Of a stretch of DNA of 64,000 bases, positions 20,570 through 27,679 are shown piece by piece (positions within the stretch are counted from its first letter, which is position 1; every line of letters starts with the position of its first letter). The translations under genes were made by a program, and so were the position numbers. Under the pieces are notes generated by a model that saw only the letters and a list, made by a program, of their open reading frames with translations, had not been told where the DNA came from and searched no databases. The DNA comes from an uncultured bacterium. GTDB taxonomy: Bacteria; Patescibacteriota; Minisyncoccia; Phycocordibacterales; GWA1-40-21. The DNA lies in the NCBI GenBank assembly GCA_963798465.1, contig CAWCTC010000001.1:4315-68314 (forward strand), given 5' to 3'.

Positions 20570-21196
20570 TTAACTTCCGTTTTTGCTTCGGAATTTGTTT
20601 CTGTTCTTTACAACCGCAGGGTTTCTCTTTTTATCAAAAGCTGAAAGCGCGATAATGGCCGCTCTCGCAATATTCAATTTATTTTTTGATGGTGAAATTA
20701 TTTTTGCAGTTATATCTTTTATTCCGGCCAATTCAATGACATTTTTCAATGCGCTTCCTGCGCTAACTCCTCTTCCTTTTGCAGGCATCATTATGACTCT
20801 TCCGCTGCAATATTTTGCTTCCACGCTGTGAGGAATAGACATTGTCTTTGTAAGATTCAAGTGCATGATATTTTTCTTCGCATTTCTGTATGCCTTATCT
20901 ATTGCGAGAGATGTATCATTTGCTTTTCCTGTTCCGACTCCGACTGTACCTTTCTTATCGCCGACAACCATATGAACGCTGAAATTCAATCTCTTTCCTC
21001 CTTTCGTGACTCTTGTAACTCTTCTTATATTCAAAATTTTCTGATCAAATTCCGGTTTGATTCTTTCCGGTCTTCCGTGTCCTCCTCTTCTTGGATTTTT
21101 TGTTCTGTCTCCGCTATTCATTCCAAACTGTCCAAATTGTTTTCCAACAGGCTTGGTAAAATGAGGTCTTTGCAGCCATCGGAGTGGTTTTTGCAT
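20570..21196 (-). CDS. rpsE: 30S ribosomal protein S5 (extended N-terminus, exact start uncertain)
   Basis: ...EFDQKILNIRRVTRVTKGGKRLNFSVHMVVGDKKGTVGVGTGKANDTSLAIDKA... Only 16 nt separate it from rplO, so no L30 gene is present. Confidence 0.9.
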   Translation of the reverse strand: MQKPLRWLQRPHFTKPVGKQFGQFGMNSGDRTKNPRRGGHGRPERIKPEFDQKILNIRRVTRVTKGGKRLNFSVHMVVGDKKGTVGVGTGKANDTSLAIDKAYRNAKKNIMHLNLTKTMSIPHSVEAKYCSGRVIMMPAKGRGVSAGSALKNVIELAGIKDITAKIISPSKNKLNIARAAIIALSAFDKKRNPAVVKNRNKFRSKNGS

Positions 21197-21305
21197 CTGC
21201 TGAATTTACAGGAGCAACAGGAATGCTATTTATATTTTTATTTTCTGTATCCATTTTTATTAATCTTAAGATAAGTAAATTATATTCGCTTTGCTCATTA
21301 ATTTT

Positions 21306-21656
21306 CTAAAATTTAAGTCCGCCTTCTCTTGCGCCATCCGCAAAAGCTTTCACCTTTCCAGTATAAATAAATCCTCCTCTGTCAAAAACTACTTTTGAAA
21401 CTCCTTTTTCGATTGCAATCTTTGCCAATTCTTTTCCGGCATTGGCAGATTTTTCAACAAAATTCTTTCCTTTAGCTTTATCAGCTGAATATGAGGCCAG
21501 AGTGATTCCCTTTGTATCATCAATTATTTGTCCATAAACTGAAGTGTTTGATTTGTAAACGCTAAATCTCGGCATTTCCGAAGTCCCGGAGATTTTGGCT
21601 CTGAGTCTTTTGTGTCTTACTTCTATTTTTGCTGATTTACTAGTTAATCTTTTCAT
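21306..21656 (-). CDS. rplR: 50S ribosomal protein L18
   Basis: MKRLTSKSAKIEVRHKRLRAKISGTSEMPRFSVYKSNTSVYGQIIDD...FDRGGFIYTGKVKAFADGAREGGLKF. Start set at 21656, next to the leader motif. Confidence 0.9.
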   Translation of the reverse strand: MKRLTSKSAKIEVRHKRLRAKISGTSEMPRFSVYKSNTSVYGQIIDDTKGITLASYSADKAKGKNFVEKSANAGKELAKIAIEKGVSKVVFDRGGFIYTGKVKAFADGAREGGLKF

Positions 21657-21700
21657 TTTGATTTTCAATCACGTCGCGCGACGTCCTTTAAGCGACAATC
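21657..21700 (-). promoter_or_regulatory. Two-hairpin leader motif, copy 4 (inside the r-protein operon)
   Basis: Coding strand: TGTCGC-TTAAAGGAC-GTCGCGCGAC-GTGATTGAAAATCAAA-ATG. Confidence 0.5.
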
Positions 21701-21710
21701 TCAAATTATT

Positions 21711-22244
21711 TTATGCGGTTTTCTTTCCTTCTTTTCTTCTGATGACTTCGCCTTCAAATCTTATTCCCTTTCCTTTATAAGGTTCAGGTTTTTTTATTGC
21801 TCTCAATCCTGAAGCAAAGCTGGTAATCAATTCTTTATCTATTCCCGTAATTACCACAATTCCTTTATCTAAAGACTACTTTTAATCCTGCAGGAATTTT
21901 TACTTTTACAGGATGAGAAAAACCTACTTTAAAGTGATGTCCGTAGGAGTAACGTCGGCTTTATATCCGACTCCTTCAACAATCATTCTCTTTGCCATAA
22001 CCTTTATTCACTCCTTCTACCATATTTTGAATATGAGAAGCATAAGTTCCCCAAAGCGCTTTGTTTTCCAAAGAATCTTTGACAGGTTTAAGCTGACTTT
22101 ATTTCCTTCAACAGAAATAACTATATTTTTTTTGAAAGTTCTTGAAAGTTCTCCGAGTGGACCTTTTACGCTAACAACATTGCCGTTTACTTTAATTTCG
22201 GTCTTTGCTGGTATTTCTATTCCTTTTTTTCCTAATCTTGACAT
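21711..22244 (-). CDS. rplF: 50S ribosomal protein L6 (several frame changes)
   Basis: N-terminus [37 protein letters not shown]. The C-terminus [25 protein letters not shown] is in another frame. The interior is readable only by frame-hopping. Confidence 0.8.
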
Positions 22245-22263
22245 TATATTAAAATAAACTTAA

Positions 22264-22649
22264 TTACCAGATTTTGAATAAAATTTCTCCGCCGACTTTC
22301 TGTTTGACTGCTTCTTTGTTTGAAAGAATTCCTGCTGGTGTAGAAATTATTGTCGCACCGAAACCATTTTTGAAAGGTTTGATATCTTCTGACTTTTATA
22401 TAAATTCTTCTTGAAGGTTTTGAAATTCTCTGGACATTGGTGATTTTCGGAGATTTGTCGGCTTTATAACTCAAAACAACGTCAATCATATTTCCATTTT
22501 TTGAAAAAGATTTTATATAACCCGTTCTTACAAGAACATCTGCTATGGCATACTTTTATTTTTGAGGTATAAGCTGAAACAGACTCCTTTCCTGCGAGGT
22601 TTCCATTCTTGATTCTTATTATGAAATTTCCAATAATGTCAGTTACCAT
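22264..22649 (-). CDS. rpsH: 30S ribosomal protein S8 (frame changes)
   Basis: N-terminus MVTDIIGNFIIRIKNGN. C-terminus GFGATIISTPAGILSNKEAVKQKVGGEILFKIW. The start overlaps the corrected rpsN stop (ATGGTAA). Confidence 0.75.
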
Positions 22650-22829
22650 GATGATTTTTTAATTCCGGGAATTTTTCCCTCGATTAGCAAACTCTCTAAA
22701 GCATATTCTGCAAAGATCAAAGTCTCTCATATATCCGTGTTTTCTTCCACAACGGAAACATCTCCTCACTACTCTTGAGGCAAATTTTATCGGTTTTTTT
22801 GATCTTGCAACTGTTGATTTCTTAGCCAT
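22643..22829 (-). CDS. rpsN: 30S ribosomal protein S14 type Z (zinc-binding); 1-nt indel near the 3' end
   Basis: MAKKSTVARSKKPIKFASRVVRRCFRCGRKHGYMRDFDLCRICFREFAN. Removing one A from GGGAAAAATTCCC restores the canonical ...GKIPGIKKSSW ending. Confidence 0.85.
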
Positions 22830-22873
22830 TTTGTAAAATGTAAAATAAAAAGCTTCAAAAAGCTTGTTGCAAT

Positions 22874-23049
22874 ATACTAGCAAGAAGCTCTTACAAAGTC
22901 AATGAAATAACGAGTGCATTCCCGACTATATTTCATTGACTCCGTCACTATTTCAGCAAGCACAAAATAATCACTAAAATTGGTGAAAGAAAACCTTCAT
23001 CTAAAACTGCACAAAAGCTCAATTTGATAAAAATAGTGTTGGGGGTCAA
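22874..23049 (-). promoter_or_regulatory. Promoter (TTGACT-N17-TAGTAT) plus conserved upstream structured module, copy P2, in front of rpsN
   Basis: -35 at 22897-22902 and -10 at 22874-22879 (minus strand). About 75 percent identical to the copy at 27143-27314. Confidence 0.55.
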
Positions 23050-23056
23050 TAAAAAA

Positions 23057-23080
23057 GGGCCGCACTTTTACATGCGGCCC
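23057..23080 (-). terminator. Rho-independent terminator
   Basis: GGGCCGCATGTAAAAGTGCGGCCC followed by TTTTTT on the minus strand. Confidence 0.7.
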
Positions 23081-23142
23081 GGGAAATCTTCATCGGATTC
23101 TTGTTCTTTGCCCGACTTTTAAGTGAGGCAAAATTACTCCGA

Positions 23143-23346
23143 TTAGTTTCCTTTTTTTTCTATTCTTTCTTTCATCTTGCTGAAATACTTCTCAGCAGAT
23201 TTTTTTCCCATCTCAAGGAGCATTAGATTTAACTCCTTCACTTCCTCAGAAGACAGACCTTTGGTAAAGTCCATGTTTTTCTTTATCTCATCCATCTTTT
23301 GTGAGACAGAGCGGTCCATGGACTCTTGCAGAATCCTTTCATACAT
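23143..23346 (-). CDS. Small Lys/Glu-rich helical hypothetical protein inserted between rplE and rpsN
   Basis: MYERILQESMDRSVSQKMDEIKKNMDFTKGLSSEEVKELNLMLLEMGKKSAEKYFSKMKERIEKKGN (67 aa), bracketed by two terminators. The longer track ORF (to 23505) overlaps rplE out of frame. Confidence 0.3.
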   Translation of the reverse strand: MYERILQESMDRSVSQKMDEIKKNMDFTKGLSSEEVKELNLMLLEMGKKSAEKYFSKMKERIEKKGN

Positions 23347-23366
23347 AACAGCATATAAACAAAAAA

Positions 23367-23384
23367 AACCGCTTTTCAGCGGTT
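23367..23384. terminator. Terminator after rplE
   Basis: AACCGCTTTTCAGCGGTT with A/T runs on both sides. Confidence 0.6.
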
Positions 23385-23398
23385 TTTTAAAATTTTTC

Positions 23399-23977
23399 TT
23401 ATTCTCTCTTTTTCTTTCCTTTTCTTCTTTTTTCTTCTTCACCTTTTTTGAATGGAAATCCGAGATATTCCAAGAAAGTTTTTGCTGAAATTTTATCTTT
23501 GACATTCGTCACTATTGTGACGGCGAGTCCGAAAACATCTTTCAATTCTTCATCGGATGATTCAGGAAAAACTGAATTTTCTTTCATACCGATAGTGAAA
23601 TTGCCCATATTATCTATAGCAGTGCACTGAAAGCCCTCTGAAATCTTTTGTTCTTGGAAGAGCAATGTAAACAAGCTTATTTAGAAAATCAAACATTCTT
23701 TGTCCGCGGAGAGTGACTTGGTATCCGACTGGATCTCCTTCTCTGACTTTGAAAGTTGCGACTGATTTCTTTGCAACTTTAAGCATGACTTTCTGTCCGG
23801 AAATTTTTGTCAAGCCTGTCATCAACAATTTTATTTTTGTTCTTATCTTTGAAAGAGCCGGTACCAGAACTCAAAACAACCTTCAAAACTTTTGGAGTTT
23901 GCATTTTGTTCTTTAAGCCCAAAGTTGTTCTTTAGTGCTTCAAAGGCTTTATTCTGTTTTTCTTTTAATGATATCAT
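23399..23977 (-). CDS. rplE: 50S ribosomal protein L5 (frame changes)
   Basis: Pieces: [35 protein letters not shown] / [49 protein letters not shown] / [20 protein letters not shown]...[12 protein letters not shown]...[10 protein letters not shown]. Confidence 0.8.
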
Positions 23978-23994
23978 CTCTTTTTTATTAAATA

Positions 23995-24293
23995 TTAAAT
24001 CTCTTTTCCTGTTTTTCTGTTGATTCTTACTCTATTTCTCGCCGATAGTTTTCTTTCCGACTCTCGCTCTCTTTCCGTTTTCATTTATCATGACATTTGA
24101 AGCGTGATAGGCATTGCTTTGTCCACAACCTGACCTTTTGCACCTGACTGTTTTGCTTTCTGGTGTTTCTTGCTGATATTTATTCCTTCTATCAAAACTT
24201 TATTTACTTTCGGATATGCGGCAACAACTTTCCGGTTTTGCCTTTGTCTTTTCCTGCTATAACTATTATATTGTCTCCTTTTTTAATTTTCAT
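23995..24293 (-). CDS. rplX: 50S ribosomal protein L24 (frame changes)
   Basis: MKIKKGDNIIVIAGKDKGKTGKV...YPKVNKVLIEGINISKKHQKAKQSGAKGQVVDKAMPI... Ends ...RVRINRKTGKEI in a different frame. Confidence 0.7.
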
Positions 24294-24328
24294 TTTTTTC
24301 TTTTGACTTTATGGACTTTCGACTAATT

Positions 24329-24700
24329 TTAGACTATTTCCGGCGCAAGGGAAGCGATTTTCTTGAAACCCAATTCTGCAATCTCTCTTGGAATCGGACC
24401 GAAAACTCTTCCGGCAATCGGATCCTGTTTTCCTTTTTCAATAATGACAACTGCATTCTCATCAAATCTTATATATGAACCGTCAGCTCTTCTGAATGGT
24501 TTTCTTTGTCTGACAACAACTCCGTAAAGAATATCTTTTTTCTTTGCCAATTTTCTCGGCTCAGCTTTCTGAACAGACAAGACGACAACTTCGCCGATAC
24601 TCGCCCATCTCTTTTTTGAACTTCCAAGCACTCTTAAAAATTCTGCCGATTTTGGCGCCTGAATTATCTGTTATATTTACTATTGATCTGTCTTGTATCA
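24329..24700 (-). CDS. rplN: 50S ribosomal protein L14 (one frame change near codon 23)
   Basis: MIQDRSIVNITDNSGAKIGRIFK then (shifted) VLGSSKKRWASIGEVVVLSVQKAEP...IRFDENAVVII...GRVFGPIPREI. Confidence 0.85.
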
Positions 24701-24719
24701 TTTTATTATTTAAAAATTA

Positions 24720-24953
24720 TTATTTCTTCAAAACTTTGAATCTTTTGTTTTTTGAAATCGGTCTTGTTTCGATTATTTCAATAATCTCTCCTTCTTTGCA
24801 TGTATTTCCTTCATCGTGAGCCATGATTTTATTCTGTTTCTTGATGAATTTTCCATACTTCGGATGTTTTTTGAAAGAATCGATGGAAACAACAACGGTA
24901 TCCTTCATTTTTGCTGAATACAACTTCCTTTCAATACTTTTCCATTATTCTTT
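24720..24953 (-). CDS. rpsQ: 30S ribosomal protein S17 (start uncertain)
   Basis: ...KLYSAKMKDTVVVSIDSFKKHPKYGKFIKKQNKIMAHDEGNTCKEGEIIEIIETRPISKNKRFKV. An ATG (MEK...) lies upstream in another frame. Confidence 0.8.
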
Positions 24954-24989
24954 TTTTACTGATTTTTTTTCCATATTTTTATATTATAA

Positions 24990-25180
24990 TTATGCTTTTT
25001 TCTCTTCCTTTAAGAATCGTAAGAATTCTGGGCAATTTCTTTTCTTAAATTTCTTCCGTTTTACATTTTTCATTTTGCTTCTTGAAGTTCCAAATCTGAA
25101 ATTGCTCAAAGCAGTTGCTTTTTCTGAAAGCTCTTTTTCAAGTTCGCCGTTGTTTTTTTTCTTAAATCTTTTAATTTCAT
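24990..25180 (-). CDS. rpmC: 50S ribosomal protein L29 (frame changes at A-runs)
   Basis: MKLKDLRKK / NNGELEKELSEKATALSNFRFGTSRSKMKNVKR... / ...ILKEEKKA. Confidence 0.65.
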
Positions 25181-25617
25181 ATATATTGTATATTAAAATC
25201 TTCGCTATAACTTTCGTTGTTGACTGGAAACTTCGTTCCTCCTTTTCTCAGCATTTCTCTTGCTGAAGGCACATCAACATCCGTCAACTTCAAAAAGAAC
25301 TCTTCCCGGCTTTACGATAGCGACATAACCTTGCAATTCTCCTTTTCCTTTTCCCATTTTAACTTCGGCTGGTTTCTGAGTATATGGATGATCTGGGAAA
25401 ATTCTTGTCCAAATTTTTCCGCTCTTTGCACATTGAGTGAGCAATAGCTTTTCTGGCGGCTTCAATCTGATTTGATTTAATTCTTCCCGCTCATATAGCT
25501 TTCAAACCAAAAGAACCGAAAGAAACTTTTGTTCCTCGTGTTTCTACGCCGACTCTTGTCAGGATTTTCCCTGAAAGTATGAGCTTTTCTGAATTTTACT
25601 TTTTTTGGCATTAACAT
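25177..25617 (-). CDS. rplP: 50S ribosomal protein L16 (multiple frame changes)
   Basis: [13 protein letters not shown]..., ...[10 protein letters not shown]..., ...[23 protein letters not shown]... The stop overlaps the rpmC start (ATGA). Confidence 0.75.
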
Positions 25618-25644
25618 ATTTGTTTATCTGGTTTCTTTAGTAAA

Positions 25645-26311
25645 TTATTTCTTTTCTTTATTGAAAATATCACCTTTGTAAATCCAGACTTTTGATACCG
25701 ATATCTCCGTATGTCATATGAGCTTTTTCTTGCGCATAATCAATATCTGCTCTGAAAGTCTGAAGCGGAACTCTTCCTTTTTTCATTTCTTCTGATCTTG
25801 CGATTTCTGCACCGCCGAGTCTTCCTCCGCAATAAACTCTGATTCCTTTGACATCGCGATTTGCCATGACTTTTTCAATAGTCTGTTTCATCACTCTTCT
25901 GAAAGGCAATCTTTTTTCCAAACCTTCGGCAATCATTTGGGCAACTATAGCTGCATTTGATTCTGGTGATTTGATTTCTTCAACATCCAATTTGAAATCT
26001 GCTGGAATTGAAAGTTTGTTCTTTGCGGCAAATTTCATTATATCTTTTCTCAAGTTTGACGGAACCTTCTCCGCTTCTGCCGATAACAACTCCGGGTCTT
26101 GAAGTTTTAATGATCAGTCTGAATGTCTTGTCGTTTCTTTCCATTTCAATGGAGCCGACGTATTGGCCTCGCATTTTCTTTTCGAGAAATTCTCTGAGCA
26201 TCATATCGGCTCTCAAAAATCTTTGTAATTTTTGCCAGTAGAAAACCATCGGGATTTCCAATCTCTGATGATTCCCAGTCTATGTGAATATGGATGTACT
26301 GTGTGTGACAT
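25645..26311 (-). CDS. rpsC: 30S ribosomal protein S3 (frame changes)
   Basis: MSHTVHPYSHRLGIIRDWKSRWF..., ...RPGVVIGRSGEG..., ...[57 protein letters not shown]. Confidence 0.8.
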
Positions 26312-26315
26312 AAAA

Positions 26316-26747
26316 TTATTTTTCTGATTTTTTAACTTTCTTTTCTGTTACGGCTTTTACAGCTTCTTTTTTATTTTCTACTTTAACTGCTTTTTTACCG
26401 GTTTAACAGGCATATTATCTATTGTATCCAAACTAACAAAAACATGGCTTGTTCTTTTGTTTATAGGATAAGCCATTCCTCTTGCTCTTGGCATTCTTCT
26501 TTTCAAAACTACTCCTTCATCTACTCTGAATTCTTTTACAAAAAGTTTGTCTGCTGGAATATTAAAATTGTGTCGATGCATTTGCAACCGCGGAATCAAT
26601 CAAATCTGAAAGTGGCTTTGCAGCTCTTTTAACCAAAAAGTTTAAAGTGTTTTTCGCATCCTCTACTTTCTTTCCTTTCACTAGATTGGCGACTAATCTT
26701 ACTTTTCTTGGTGACTGTCTATAATCATTTAATTTTGCGGTAATCAT
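26316..26747 (-). CDS. rplV: 50S ribosomal protein L22 (frame changes; 3' end uncertain)
   Basis: MITAKLNDYRQSPRKVRLVANLVKGKKVEDAKNTLNFL... / ...FVKEFRVDEGVVLKRRMPRARGMAYPINKRTSHVFVSL. Confidence 0.8.
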
Positions 26748-26750
26748 ATA

Positions 26751-27092
26751 TTATTTTTTAGCTTCTGTCGATGCTTTTGCTGCTTTTGCTGCTGCTATTT
26801 CTGATTCTTTTGCGGCAATATCAAGTTCTTTCTGCATCTTACCTCCGTGTCTTGTAAACTTCCTTGTAGGAGAAAATTCTCCGAGTCTGTGTCCGACCAT
26901 ATCTTCGGTGACAAGAACTTCCAAATGCGTTCTGCCATTGTGAACTCCGAAAACAAAACCTACCATTTCTGGAGATATCTGGCTTCTTCTTGACCATGTT
27001 TTAATAACACCGGTTTCAATCGGTTTTTTGCCTTCTATTTTTTTTAGAAGTTTTTCATCTACATATGGTCCTTTTTTAAGCGATCTTGCCAT
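26751..27092 (-). CDS. rpsS: 30S ribosomal protein S19 (C-terminal Ala/Lys-rich extension)
   Basis: [21 protein letters not shown]...[55 protein letters not shown]. Confidence 0.92.
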   Translation of the reverse strand: MARSLKKGPYVDEKLLKKIEGKKPIETGVIKTWSRRSQISPEMVGFVFGVHNGRTHLEVLVTEDMVGHRLGEFSPTRKFTRHGGKMQKELDIAAKESEIAAAKAAKASTEAKK

Positions 27093-27142
27093 AAAATAAT
27101 TTGCATAAATAAAACAAGAAGCTCATAAGAGCTCGAATTAGC

Positions 27143-27314
27143 ATATTAGCAAAATTACGAATAATGTCAAGGAAAATAACGAGCACAGCGACCATATTTT
27201 CCTGACCCCGACACTATTTCAACCGAAATAAAATAATCATTGAAATTGATAAAAGAAAACTCCCATCAAAAACTGCACAGAAATCAACTGATAAAAATAG
27301 TGCAGGGGGGTCAA
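27143..27314 (-). promoter_or_regulatory. Promoter (TTGACA-N16-TAATAT) plus conserved upstream structured module, copy P3, in front of rpsS
   Basis: -35 at 27165-27170 and -10 at 27143-27148 (minus strand). Arms are 27166-27178/27195-27206 and 27203-27219/27296-27314. Confidence 0.55.
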
Positions 27315-27352
27315 CAGCAAAATGGTTTGTTTACGTGGCAAAGAACACTAAA

Positions 27353-27493
27353 ACTAATTTGGAATAGCGATTTGATTATTGTTGTTTTGACTATTTTTAG
27401 AACTTAAACCTCCAGCAATTCCCATAATCAAAAAACTGACGCCGATTATCAGTGCAAATGCTATCAAGAATTTGAAAAAGGTTGAATCGAACA
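27353..27493 (-). CDS. Small membrane protein (46 aa), hypothetical
   Basis: MFDSTFFKFLIAFALIIGVSFLIMGIAGGLSSKNSQNNNNQIAIPN. Below the track cutoff. The ATG abuts the end of the leader element. Confidence 0.35.
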
Positions 27494-27675
27494 TTTACCC
27501 GAGAAAATTTTTGCTGACTTGCCCGAAGAAAATTTGTAATAAAATTTTGACGGGTGAAAATGTGTTGGTGTTATATGACTAAACCATTTCGCAGATTTTT
27601 CTTTGCTAAAAGATTTATCGAATTGGTTAGCATTTTCAACACGTCAACAAAAACTTTAACGGGTTAATTATACCA
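27494..27675 (-). promoter_or_regulatory. TGnTATAAT promoter + structured leader element, copy A
   Basis: Minus strand: TGGTATAATTAACCCGTTAAAGTTTTTGTTGACGTGTTGAAAATG ... CAACACATTTTCAC ... GTCAGCAAAAATTTTCTCGGGTAA-ATG. Homologous to 35863-36016. Confidence 0.5.
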
Positions 27676-27679
27676 TTTT

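Noticed and set aside
21700-26750. Alternative genetic code (UGA or other stop reassignment, as in some CPR lineages) as the cause of broken ORFs
   Set aside because: In the r-protein, recA and ileS breaks I checked, the protein continues in a different frame, not in-frame past a stop. One ftsK junction (36720-36728) does have two in-frame TAA codons; I read it as two compensating indels in a low-complexity linker, and TAA is not a stop I know to be reassigned in bacteria. The intact genes I checked end at the expected length.
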